Source: an uncultured Eubacteriales bacterium | GTDB taxonomy: Bacteria; Bacillota; Clostridia; Christensenellales; Aristaeellaceae | Direction: 5' to 3' | Length of the DNA: 64,000 nt | Assembly (NCBI GenBank): GCA_900315315.1 | Contig: OMYT01000014.1 | Location: 2,656-66,655 of the forward strand | The notes under the pieces: generated by a model | Database searches by the model: none | Told to the model about the DNA's origin: nothing | The model's input: the letters and a program-made list of their open reading frames with translations, nothing else | Translations under genes and position numbers: made by a program | Shown: positions 51,363-60,125 of the stretch, piece by piece | How positions within the stretch are numbered: position 1 is the stretch's first letter | How the letters are laid out: every line of letters begins with the position of its first letter

Positions 51363-53072
51363 TCATTCACCCGTGCCGTACTGCCCGTCCATCCATACCG
51401 TCCGCTCCGCAATCCAGTTTTTGAGGTAGCGGAACGCATGGTCAAAACTCCCGCCGGCCTCGCGCACACTCGCGTCGCTGTTAATCCCCCAGCGGGCAAA
51501 GTTCATCGTGGCGGATGCCTCGATCTCCGCCCGGTATTCATCCAGGGGCTTCAGGCAGCCGCCGGTTGTTCCCTCCGTCTCCCCCAGCAGCACTGCTGCA
51601 GCCGGGCGGAAGCTTTCCTTCCAGATCCTGCGCACCTGTTTCATAAAGCTTTCATGACGGCTCAACAGCCACCAGAGGTTGCTCGTCCGCTGCGAAAGCA
51701 CCACATGCCTTCCGCCGGAGGAATATCCCCGGTCTTTCATGTTCCCGAAGCTCAGGTCGTAATCCCAGGAAGGACCGGCGTAGATCAGCGGGTCAATCCG
51801 GTCGGAATCCTTGTACAGGAACTGGCTCCCGCCCACATAGTCGTAGTTCTTGCACCAATCCTCGATCAGAAACCGCTGGGCAAAGGATGTCGTATCCAGG
51901 TATTCTTCATAGCCTTTCCCGGTTTCCGGATGAACCCCGTCCTCCGCGATCAGGGCCTCCTGCATCTCCGTGATCCGCCGGGCCAGATACTCTGCCTGCG
52001 CCTTGCTCGGATATGTCGGTTCCTTGATCTGGATGCTCAGCCCTTTGGCTGTTCTGAACCCCGCGATGACGTAGTCCTTCATCCGGGGATACTTTTCAAC
52101 TGTCGCGATATACCCTCCCGTGATATCCTCCGGATCCTTCAGCGCCGGATAACTCCTGATCAGCGGGAACTCCCCGTTCTTTTCGGTCACAATCGGACCC
52201 GGGTTCAGAGGTGCTTCGTTGACCTTTTCCGTTTCCTTTTCCAGGTTCCTGACCGGGATCCGTTCCTTCCCGATCTGGATCTTTTCCGTCATCAGGTAAA
52301 GGCCCTGGTACAGCCCATTGATCCAGACGTCCGCCGGCACACATTCCACGGCGTTCTTCAGGCCGATCTCCCGGCTCATGTCCAGTACGATCCGGTTTCG
52401 CAGCAAACTGATATCCGTCCAGTTGGCCAGCAGCACCCAGGTTTTCGCCTTCCCCATGCCGCTTAAAGAAGCCTTTTCGCTCAGCTTGAACTGATAAGGC
52501 TTCTTGAGATAGCGGAATGTGTTGTTTCCCCGGCCCTTCAGCTGTGTCAGCCCGCCGTCGTAGGTCACCGTGCCGTCCGCTTCGGTATAAACCGCACGGC
52601 CTTCGGTAATCACGTTCTCCTTGCTCCTGCCGACCGCTTTCAGTTTCTCCCCGTCTGCTTCCAGAAAGAGCGCCGGGATCGGGCTTCCCTGCAGAATCGT
52701 CAGATTCCCGACAAGGACGCCTTTTCCGTCCCGCACCTCGTTTTTCTTCCCGATCAGGTCCGTGATATCAACAGTCTCCCCGGCAGGGATCTCCCGTTTA
52801 TCCTTGCCGATCAGCAGCTTTTCCGATCCGGACACCTCCAGCGTCACCTGCGTCGGATCCCAGAAACCCGGCAGGCTGAGAATAAGCTCGCCCTTGCCCA
52901 TCCGGGACTGCACCGTTTCCCCGCAGCGTGAAGGACACCCCGCCTGCACAGGCCGTTCGCCCGCCGCAAAGGCAGAAGAACACAAGAGCAGCAAACCCAG
53001 GATCCCAAGGAACAAGAGGACGGTTTTTGCCGTTCCGTTTTGTCTGCGTCTCCTGCCCGGCTCCTTGTTCAC
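51363..53072 (-). CDS. CotH kinase family secreted protein
   Basis: Signal peptide; KGRGN, KKPY, WVLLAN, YQGLY and GPSWDYD motifs. Confidence 0.9.
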   Translation of the reverse strand: MNKEPGRRRRQNGTAKTVLLFLGILGLLLLCSSAFAAGERPVQAGCPSRCGETVQSRMGKGELILSLPGFWDPTQVTLEVSGSEKLLIGKDKREIPAGETVDITDLIGKKNEVRDGKGVLVGNLTILQGSPIPALFLEADGEKLKAVGRSKENVITEGRAVYTEADGTVTYDGGLTQLKGRGNNTFRYLKKPYQFKLSEKASLSGMGKAKTWVLLANWTDISLLRNRIVLDMSREIGLKNAVECVPADVWINGLYQGLYLMTEKIQIGKERIPVRNLEKETEKVNEAPLNPGPIVTEKNGEFPLIRSYPALKDPEDITGGYIATVEKYPRMKDYVIAGFRTAKGLSIQIKEPTYPSKAQAEYLARRITEMQEALIAEDGVHPETGKGYEEYLDTTSFAQRFLIEDWCKNYDYVGGSQFLYKDSDRIDPLIYAGPSWDYDLSFGNMKDRGYSSGGRHVVLSQRTSNLWWLLSRHESFMKQVRRIWKESFRPAAAVLLGETEGTTGGCLKPLDEYRAEIEASATMNFARWGINSDASVREAGGSFDHAFRYLKNWIAERTVWMDGQYGTGE

Positions 53073-53131
53073 TTTGCGTCCCTCCTGCTATTGACTATCC
53101 TGAATTCTGACGTCTATATTCTGAAATGCTT

Positions 53132-53166
53132 TTTCACTCTCCACTCTCAACTCTTCACTCTCCATT
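53132..53166. repeat. Five tandem heptamers
   Basis: tttcact ctccact ctcaact cttcact ctccatt. Confidence 0.8.
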
Positions 53167-53901
53167 AGACCGCAGCCGCCTGATAAACTCCCTCGACCTT
53201 GCTTCCTTCGGCGACTCAAAGAATTCCTTCGACGGTCCTTCCTCAATCACCTTCCCGCCTTCCATAAAGATAACCTTGTTTGAAACGCTGCGGGCAAAGT
53301 CCATCTCATGCGTAACCACCAGCATCGTCATTCCGTCCTCCGCCAGCTGCCGCATCACCGAAAGCACTTCGCCGATCAGTTCCGGGTCCAGCGCGCTGGT
53401 CGGTTCATCGAAATAGATAATTTCAGGATCCGTAGCCAGTGCCCGGGCAATCGCCACGCGCTGCTGCTGCCCGCCGGACAGCTGGGACGGATAGCTTTTC
53501 AGCTTATCCGCCATGCCAACCCGTTCCAGTGCCGCGCCGGCAATTCGTTCCGCTTCCTGACGCTTCATTCCGGCGCCGGCCGTCAGTCCCAGCGTCACAT
53601 TTTGCAGGACATTCTTGTTCAGAAACAAATTGTAATTCTGGAAAACAAAAGCCGTCTTTTTTCGGATCGCAGAGATCTCGACGCGACTTGCCTCATGAAG
53701 ATCCACCTTCTGCCCGTCAAAGACGATCGTCCCTTCGTCCGCCCTCTCCAGAAAGTTCAGGCAGCGGAGAAACGTGGTTTTTCCCGAACCGCTCGGCCCG
53801 AGAATTGCGGCCACGTCGCCTTTTTCCACATCCAGGCTGATTCCGTCCAGAACCTGCACGTCATCAAACCTTTTTTTTACATTCCGGATTTCAAGCATCA
53901 T
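53155..53901 (-). CDS. Amino-acid ABC transporter ATP-binding protein
   Basis: GPSGSGKT, LSGGQQQR and DEPTSALD motifs. Confidence 0.95.
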   Translation of the reverse strand: MMLEIRNVKKRFDDVQVLDGISLDVEKGDVAAILGPSGSGKTTFLRCLNFLERADEGTIVFDGQKVDLHEASRVEISAIRKKTAFVFQNYNLFLNKNVLQNVTLGLTAGAGMKRQEAERIAGAALERVGMADKLKSYPSQLSGGQQQRVAIARALATDPEIIYFDEPTSALDPELIGEVLSVMRQLAEDGMTMLVVTHEMDFARSVSNKVIFMEGGKVIEEGPSKEFFESPKEARSREFIRRLRSNGE

Positions 53902-54572
53902 GCGCGAACTCCTCCGTAAGCAGACAGGCGCTTTTCTCCCCACCGCTGTACCCGGGTCAGGATGGTGCAGAACAGCAGATAAATCAGCGCAGCCTCACAA
54001 TACAGCCCCAGGGATTCGTATACCCGGCCGTTGATCACCTGAGCCTGGCGGAACATCTCCATCACCGAGATGGTCGCCGCCATGGAAGTTTCCTTCAGCA
54101 TGGAAATCATACTGTTGCCCAGCGCTGGGAACGCGGTGCGGAACGCCTGGGGCAGCACAATATGCCACATAATCTTCGGAAAACTCAGACCCACGCAGTA
54201 GCCCGCTTCCAGCTGTCCACGGGATACGCTTTCCAGTGCGCCGCGGATGGTCTCCGCCATATACGCGCCTTCGTTAAACCCCAGCACGATCATCGCCGCC
54301 GGGAAAGGATCAAGCTTGATTCCGATTCCGGGCAGGCCGAAAAACACGATATACAGCTGCACAAGCAGCGGCGTACCCCGTACCACCCAAATGTAAAAAC
54401 GGCAGATCTGGCGCAACACCTTCACATTGGCATACTGGATCAGCGCAACGATCAACGCCACCGCAAGGGCGATGGCGTAGGAAAAGATCGTCAGTGGCAC
54501 TGTTACCTTGATCCCGTATTCCAGCAGTTTCGGAAAGCTGTCCACCAAGATGCCCCATAGTCGCTCGTCCAT
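53898..54572 (-). CDS. Amino-acid ABC transporter permease
   Basis: RGTPLLVQL and GQLEAGYCVG motifs. Confidence 0.92.
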   Translation of the reverse strand: MDERLWGILVDSFPKLLEYGIKVTVPLTIFSYAIALAVALIVALIQYANVKVLRQICRFYIWVVRGTPLLVQLYIVFFGLPGIGIKLDPFPAAMIVLGFNEGAYMAETIRGALESVSRGQLEAGYCVGLSFPKIMWHIVLPQAFRTAFPALGNSMISMLKETSMAATISVMEMFRQAQVINGRVYESLGLYCEAALIYLLFCTILTRVQRWGEKRLSAYGGVRA

Positions 54573-54627
54573 GGTTAACCTCATTATTATTCAATCATAC
54601 ATCGCAACAATCCCGTCTAGAAACCGA

Positions 54628-54662
54628 CCGAAGGAGCGCGAGGGCGATCGGAAAGCCCTCGC
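54628..54662. repeat. Stem-loop repeat family copy 2
   Basis: CCGAAGGAGC-GCGAGGGC-GATCGGAAA-GCCCTCGC; half copy at 54673-54689. Confidence 0.85.
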
Positions 54663-54686
54663 ATCTTCTCTAATCGGAAAGCCCCC

Positions 54687-55463
54687 TTATTTAGTCAGAT
54701 CCTGGCCGAAATACTTTTCGGACAGATCCTTCAGCGTCCCGTCCTCCCGGGCCTTCGCCAGAATCTCATTCACCGCGGCAATCAGCGTCTCAGTATCCTC
54801 GCCCTTGCGCACCGGGATGCAAACAGGTTCTCCGGCAACCGTCTGTACGATCTTGATGTTCGCTCCCGGATGTTCCCGCAGATAGTCGTCCACAGATCCC
54901 TTCGCGTTGATCGTTGCGTCCACGCGGCCCTGCTCCAGCATCATCATCGTCTCACCCAGCGTGTCCACATACTGAACAGTCGCACCCAGTTCCTCCGCCA
55001 TCATGGCATAGGTGGAATTGGGAGAATTGCTGGTCGTTTTTCCTTTCAGATCCTCCATCGCGTTGATATCCTTGTTATCCTTCCGGACCACAAGCACCGC
55101 TTCCGTGTAGACATAGGGTTCCGAGAAGGAAAACTTCCCTGCCCGCTCTTCAGTATAACCAACGCCGTTGCAGGCAAGATCAAACCGGTCCTGGTCCACA
55201 CCGGCCAGGATAGACTCCCACGGAACCTCCTGATAATCCGGCTGTACACCGAGACCCTCCGCAATCAGCTTCCCGACCTCGATATCAAATCCGGTCAACA
55301 CTCCGTTGTTGTCGTGATAGGTCCAGGGACTCCAATTGCCTTCTGTGGCAATAATCAGCGTCCCGCGTTCCTTGATCGTATCCAGTTGATCCGCCGATGC
55401 CGTCGCAGCCAGGGAAACCGTCATCAGCATAACCGCCGCCAGCACAGCCAATATCTTCTTCAT
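54687..55463 (-). CDS. Amino-acid (cystine-type, FliY/TcyA-like) ABC substrate-binding protein
   Basis: Signal peptide; TEGNWSPW, GFDIE and FSEPY motifs. Confidence 0.9.
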   Translation of the reverse strand: MKKILAVLAAVMLMTVSLAATASADQLDTIKERGTLIIATEGNWSPWTYHDNNGVLTGFDIEVGKLIAEGLGVQPDYQEVPWESILAGVDQDRFDLACNGVGYTEERAGKFSFSEPYVYTEAVLVVRKDNKDINAMEDLKGKTTSNSPNSTYAMMAEELGATVQYVDTLGETMMMLEQGRVDATINAKGSVDDYLREHPGANIKIVQTVAGEPVCIPVRKGEDTETLIAAVNEILAKAREDGTLKDLSEKYFGQDLTK

Positions 55464-55609
55464 CTTTATATCTCCCTTCAAAGTATGTTTTATACAACAA
55501 ACATGTCTTCATTTTTTTCCTGGACATTTTGTACGTCCCGGAACCAAAGAATCCGAAACCGCCCGGAAAGTCCCCTGGTCTCTCCAAACACTCCACAAAC
55601 TCATCCAGC

Positions 55610-55646
55610 CCGAAGGGGTCCAGGGGGCGACCGGAAAGCCCCCTGG
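55610..55646. repeat. Stem-loop repeat family copy 3
   Basis: CCGAAGGGGT-CCAGGGGGC-GACCGGAAA-GCCCCCTGG; decayed copy at 55544-55578. Confidence 0.85.
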
Positions 55647-55647
55647 G

Positions 55648-56109
55648 TCACTCCATTGCGTCCAGCAGTTTATGCAGCAGCATATACAGCTGATAACTGT
55701 CTTCCTCCGGCAGGGCAACGCACTTTCCAGCCTGTTCCGGCAGATCCTTGACCTTTTCCCGCAGTTCCCATCCCTTCTCAGTCAGGGTCACATAGACCAC
55801 CCGCTCATCCTGCTTGCAGCGGCAGCGTGTGATCCAGCCGTTTTCCTCCATCTTCTTCAGAAGAGGCGTCAGTGTTCCGCAGTCCAGGTAAAGGCTCTTC
55901 CCGAGCTCGCCCACCTTCACTTTTCCGTTTTCCCACAGGGCCAGGAATACAATATACTGGGTGTAGGTCAATCCCAGGGGCTTCAGAAGCGGAGTGTATA
56001 CACAGACCACCTTCCGTGCCGCCGCATAAAGCGGAAAGCATAGTTGCCCTTCCAGCAGCAGCTGCGGATAGTCTTTACGTCCCTGTTCCAGATCCTTCTT
56101 GGTACCCAT
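55648..56109 (-). CDS. ohrR: MarR family regulator, OhrR-like
   Basis: QLCFPLY sensing Cys, LTYTQY, TLTPLLKK and DER motifs. Confidence 0.85.
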   Translation of the reverse strand: MGTKKDLEQGRKDYPQLLLEGQLCFPLYAAARKVVCVYTPLLKPLGLTYTQYIVFLALWENGKVKVGELGKSLYLDCGTLTPLLKKMEENGWITRCRCKQDERVVYVTLTEKGWELREKVKDLPEQAGKCVALPEEDSYQLYMLLHKLLDAME

Positions 56110-56175
56110 GTTGTTCTCCTCCTGCCGTTGATCATTCTGAATTGTTTCTCCACTCTTCACTCTTTTTGAAAGCCC

Positions 56176-56493
56176 TCAGCCCAGGCTCTTCTCGATCCAG
56201 GCAGTAATCTGCGGCCCGGGCATAAAACCTACGGACCGGTCCACAGCCTCTCCGCTTTTCAGTGCGATCAGGCAGGGAATCGACTGAATGCCGTATTTCA
56301 TTGCCAGTTCCGGCACTTCATCAACATCCACGTTGTAGAAATTCACTTTTTCTCCCAATGTTTCGGAGATCTCCTCCAGCACCGGAGCCATCATCCGGCA
56401 GGGCCCACACCAGGTCGCAGAAAAATCCACCACCGCCGCCGGTGCCTTCATCACTTCATTTTCAAATTCCTGTCCATTCACTTTCTTAACCAT
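56176..56493 (-). CDS. trxA: Thioredoxin
   Basis: WCGPC active site. Confidence 0.96.
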   Translation of the reverse strand: MVKKVNGQEFENEVMKAPAAVVDFSATWCGPCRMMAPVLEEISETLGEKVNFYNVDVDEVPELAMKYGIQSIPCLIALKSGEAVDRSVGFMPGPQITAWIEKSLG

Positions 56494-56521
56494 TTTGTTC
56501 TCCTCCTGTCATTGATTATTT

Positions 56522-56566
56522 TGAATTCTGAATTCTTAATTCGGAATTGTCTTTCCACTTTTCACT
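56522..56566. repeat. Heptamer runs (TGAATTC-type x4 and TTYCACT x2)
   Basis: tgaattc tgaattc ttaattc ggaattg ... ttccact tttcact. Confidence 0.7.
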
Positions 56567-57428
56567 CTGACCGACGAAGTCGGTCAACATAAGCCGCCGC
56601 GCTGATCGCTGCCACATTGCCTTCCCCGGCAGCTTTCACATACTGGTAAGGCGTGCCGGTGATATCCCCGCAGGCGAAAACTCCCGGCAGACTTGTTTCC
56701 ATCTTGCGGTTCACTTTCACATGCTGGCCTTCTGTTTCCAGCCCGGGCACCAGCTGCCCCGGCGCCACAGCCTCCCGCAGCACAAACACCCCGTCTGCGA
56801 AATACTCCCCGTCTTCTGTCTTCACAATCCGCCGTCCGTCCGCCTGGGCGATTTCTACCGCTTTTTCCCGGATGATTTCCACGCTCTCAGGCAGAGTCGG
56901 TTCTTCCTTATACATCGGAAAATATATCACCCGGGCGCAGACTTCGTTCAGAAAAACCGCTTCCTTCTCTTCCGAAGGGCTGTATGCGATCACGGCTGTC
57001 GTCTTTCCCCGATACAGTGGTGCGTCGCAGGTGGCGCAGTAGCTCACACCCCTGCCCAGCAGTTCCTCTTCGCCCGGCAGAGGTTTTGCCTGCACGACCC
57101 CGGTCGCAAGGATTACGGCCTCCGCTTCGATCATCTCTTCCCCGGCCTGCAGGGCGAAGTAGTCTCCCATGGCATAAACCGCGCCGACACGTTTCTCCGT
57201 GATTTCAATCCCCATCCGGTCCAGCTGGTCGCGGAAAGCCGCTGCCATGTCCGCTCCGCGAACAAAAGGCAGACCCGGATAGTTCCGGATTTCATGCGCT
57301 TTTGCAACCTTCGCACTCATCTCCCGGCTGCCCAAAAGCATGATCCTTTTATTCCGATTGCAGGCCGTCAGTGCAGCCGAAACCCCGCCGGGGCCTGTTC
57401 CGATGATCGCGATCTCAACCCTCTCCAC
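56562..57428 (-). CDS. trxB: Flavin thioredoxin reductase lacking NADPH-binding motifs
   Basis: GTGPGG, NYPG, GVSYCATCD and FACGD motifs; AGGAGG RBS before GTG 57428. Confidence 0.85.
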   Translation of the reverse strand: MERVEIAIIGTGPGGVSAALTACNRNKRIMLLGSREMSAKVAKAHEIRNYPGLPFVRGADMAAAFRDQLDRMGIEITEKRVGAVYAMGDYFALQAGEEMIEAEAVILATGVVQAKPLPGEEELLGRGVSYCATCDAPLYRGKTTAVIAYSPSEEKEAVFLNEVCARVIYFPMYKEEPTLPESVEIIREKAVEIAQADGRRIVKTEDGEYFADGVFVLREAVAPGQLVPGLETEGQHVKVNRKMETSLPGVFACGDITGTPYQYVKAAGEGNVAAISAAAYVDRLRRSE

Positions 57429-57643
57429 CGGCCTCACCTCCTGTTCTTTCATCATCAATTTCGTCAATATTATTTTATCAAATACTTTTTCCTTGTCAAT
57501 ACCTTTCGCAAAATTATTTTTGTATACAAAATACTCAGATATATGCCTGCTAAAACTCCCTCTCGTTCTCAATAATCCTGAATTTTGAAATTCTCCCGTT
57601 AGATTGTATAATACTCTCATCTTATTCCAAGGAGGGCCCTGCC

Positions 57644-58291
57644 GTGACACACAAAGACACTATGCTGCTTTTCGATCTGGATGGAACACTCTGGGACTCT
57701 GCACCCGCCGTCGCGGAGGCCTGGAATGAGATTTTTCAGAAAGAGGACCCTTCCCTCCCCCTTCTGACCGTTGATGATCTTCACAGCGTCATGGGCATGA
57801 CCATGAAAGAGATCGGCGATTCCCTGTATCCGGAGTATCAGTCTCCCCGCCGTGCTGCCATCTTTGACAGATGCTGCACCTATGAAGTGGAATACCTTTA
57901 TTCCCACTGCGGAACGCTTTACCCGGACTTCCGCCCGACCCTGGAAACCCTAAAAGACCGGGGTTATGACCTGGCAGTCGTCAGCAACTGCCAGCTGGGC
58001 TATGTCAAAGCTTTCCTTTCCTCCTCCGGCGCTGCGGATCTGTTCATCGACTATGAGGAATGGGAACGCACCGGCCTTCCCAAAGGTGAGAACATCAAAC
58101 TGGTCATGGCCCGCAACGGGTATACCAAAGGCATCTATATCGGCGATACGAAAAAAGACCGGGAGGCTGCCCTCCTGGCCGGGATCCCGTTCATTCACGC
58201 TGCGTACGGTTTCGGAGAAGTTCCCGAAGCCGACGCCGTCATCCATTCCCTCTCCGAACTGCCTGAAGCAGTGGAAAAACTGATTAGCTGA
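57644..58291 (+). CDS. HAD family hydrolase
   Basis: FDLDGTLWDS, VSN and YIGD motifs; TTGAAA-16-TATAAT promoter at 57585-57612. Confidence 0.92.
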   Translation: MTHKDTMLLFDLDGTLWDSAPAVAEAWNEIFQKEDPSLPLLTVDDLHSVMGMTMKEIGDSLYPEYQSPRRAAIFDRCCTYEVEYLYSHCGTLYPDFRPTLETLKDRGYDLAVVSNCQLGYVKAFLSSSGAADLFIDYEEWERTGLPKGENIKLVMARNGYTKGIYIGDTKKDREAALLAGIPFIHAAYGFGEVPEADAVIHSLSELPEAVEKLIS

Positions 58292-58322
58292 AAGCCCCCT
58301 TATTCTCAAACAACAATATATA

Positions 58323-58360
58323 CCGAAGGGGTTTAAGGGGGCGATCGGAAAGCCCCCTTA
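58323..58360. repeat. Stem-loop repeat family copy 4
   Basis: CCGAAGGGGTT-TAAGGGGGC-GATCGGAAA-GCCCCCTTA; half copy at 58290-58302. Confidence 0.85.
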
Positions 58361-59302
58361 TCATACGCAATATAAGATATTCAGATTTCTTATATTGCTG
58401 TCTTTTATCCCGTCATTCACCGAATACGCATGCTTCTCCAGGTCGCCGCAGACTGCTTCCGTCAATCCCTGCTCCTGCAACAAATCGATCATGTCCGACG
58501 CGATCCCTTCCATGCAGAAATACTTTTCTTCCGCCAGTGTCCCGCTGTTTTCCGTAGTCAGCAGCCATTCGAGACTCCGTCCCAGTTCCTCCCCGCCGGG
58601 CAGCGCTTTCAGCGCCCGGAAACTCCACTTGTAATATGGCATATAGGTTCTGTTCAGCAGAAATATCGTGGACAATGCATTCCGGACGAACTCTCCGGCT
58701 GCCAGCTGTGCCGCCCCGGTCTCTCCGTGGCTGAGGCACCGACGATAATTATACTGTCCGCTCTGGGCCATCAGCAGCAGATGCCCTGCCAGCCGCTTCC
58801 GGCGGACATCCTCCGGCATCTCCCTCAGGATTTTGCGGCAATCCGTCAGCAGTCCCGCATCATCCCGGAAAACTTCTCCGTTCACAGCCTCCGCCAATGC
58901 GTAGTCCGGCAGGCAAAGCCAGCGTTCCGCCGTCAGTTCTTCCGCCGGACATCCGATCTTCTCCGTAAAGTATTCATCGATCCGGAATACCCCGTGCCGC
59001 TGTCCGCCCACGGGGTTCATCTTTTGCCGCCGGAAGCCTTCAAACTCGGCCGGCAGTTTTGCGTAAGCCCGTTCCAGCTGAAAAGCCGTCCGCCGGTCCA
59101 CGATCTCTTCTCCCGGGATGAACAGGCAGAAACCAGGTTCAAAGTCATGATCCAGGGAAACTTCATCATCAAACCCGTAGCATTCCGATCCGCTGCCCGT
59201 CAGCGCAGCGGCAATGATTTCCCCATACTCCGGGAACTGTTCCCGGATCATCGGAATTCCATATGTCTCCCAGTATGCCCGGGCCAGCTCAATCCCTTTC
59301 AT
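58361..59302 (-). CDS. DUF4037-type protein
   Basis: GSGSECYGFDDEVSLDHD, NGEVF.D and PYYKW motifs. Confidence 0.8.
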   Translation of the reverse strand: MKGIELARAYWETYGIPMIREQFPEYGEIIAAALTGSGSECYGFDDEVSLDHDFEPGFCLFIPGEEIVDRRTAFQLERAYAKLPAEFEGFRRQKMNPVGGQRHGVFRIDEYFTEKIGCPAEELTAERWLCLPDYALAEAVNGEVFRDDAGLLTDCRKILREMPEDVRRKRLAGHLLLMAQSGQYNYRRCLSHGETGAAQLAAGEFVRNALSTIFLLNRTYMPYYKWSFRALKALPGGEELGRSLEWLLTTENSGTLAEEKYFCMEGIASDMIDLLQEQGLTEAVCGDLEKHAYSVNDGIKDSNIRNLNILYCV

Positions 59303-60113
59303 GGATCTCCTTTGCTCTCCTCATCAGTTCCGCTTCCGTTGCAAAATACCCGTAGTGCCCGAACACCGGCGCGCATTTTTCACATACAAAAGCATAATAC
59401 CCGTTCCTTGGCAGGCTTTCCGTGTTCAGCAGTTCCTCCGCCCGGTCCAGATATTCTTCCACCTTTTCCTCCGCGGCTTCCGCTCCGAGTGCCGCCTCCG
59501 CCGCGTCCGCCATGTTCAGCCAGGTGATCGCCTGTTCCGGTTCGCCGTGTTCCTGCTTTTCCATGACTGTGATTGCCCTGCGGAACATGTTTTCCGCCTC
59601 GTCGTACCGGCCGCAGACTGTCAGTGCCAGCGCCATATTGTTGTATAAGCCCCCCAGCCGCACATCGTTTTCCGGCAGGTTCTTCTCATAGTTGGCCCGT
59701 GCCATCTCAAAAAACTCCAGTCCGCCCACCGGATCACTGAAAGCCTCCCGGACCGTGCCGGCATTCACCCAGGTTGTCCCCGCGGTAACCGTGTCCTCCA
59801 TCCCGAGTTTCCTGATCAGTTCCGTCGCGCGGTCCGCATGATAAAAAGCTTCATCCTGCTTTCCCTGCTTCCGGTAATAACCCATCAGCTCGTTGTTCAG
59901 CATCAGCTGGCCACGCTCATCCCGGTTGGCCTCCGCTTCCGCCAGCCAGTATTTCAGATGTCTTTCGACACCCTCCCAGTCATTGCGGTCTTCATACTCC
60001 CGCAGCTTATCCAGAATCCGTCCCACCGGCACGGGTTCCGCGGCCGCCTCTTCTCCCGGTTTCCCGCAAAGCACACAATTCGGCTCAATATAATCTTCTT
60101 TTTCCAGTTTCAT
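59289..60113 (-). CDS. Tetratricopeptide repeat protein
   Basis: Helical repeats (LNNELMG, LYNNMALAL); overlaps the DUF4037 gene. Confidence 0.8.
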   Translation of the reverse strand: MKLEKEDYIEPNCVLCGKPGEEAAAEPVPVGRILDKLREYEDRNDWEGVERHLKYWLAEAEANRDERGQLMLNNELMGYYRKQGKQDEAFYHADRATELIRKLGMEDTVTAGTTWVNAGTVREAFSDPVGGLEFFEMARANYEKNLPENDVRLGGLYNNMALALTVCGRYDEAENMFRRAITVMEKQEHGEPEQAITWLNMADAAEAALGAEAAEEKVEEYLDRAEELLNTESLPRNGYYAFVCEKCAPVFGHYGYFATEAELMRRAKEIHERD

Positions 60114-60125
60114 CGTTTCTCTCCG

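Noticed and set aside
54628-54662. CCGAAGG...GAAA repeat as a glycine riboswitch, hammerhead ribozyme or CRISPR repeat
   Set aside because: It lacks the CTCTCAGG partner, lacks CTGANGA and the three-stem topology, and the copies are dispersed without spacers.
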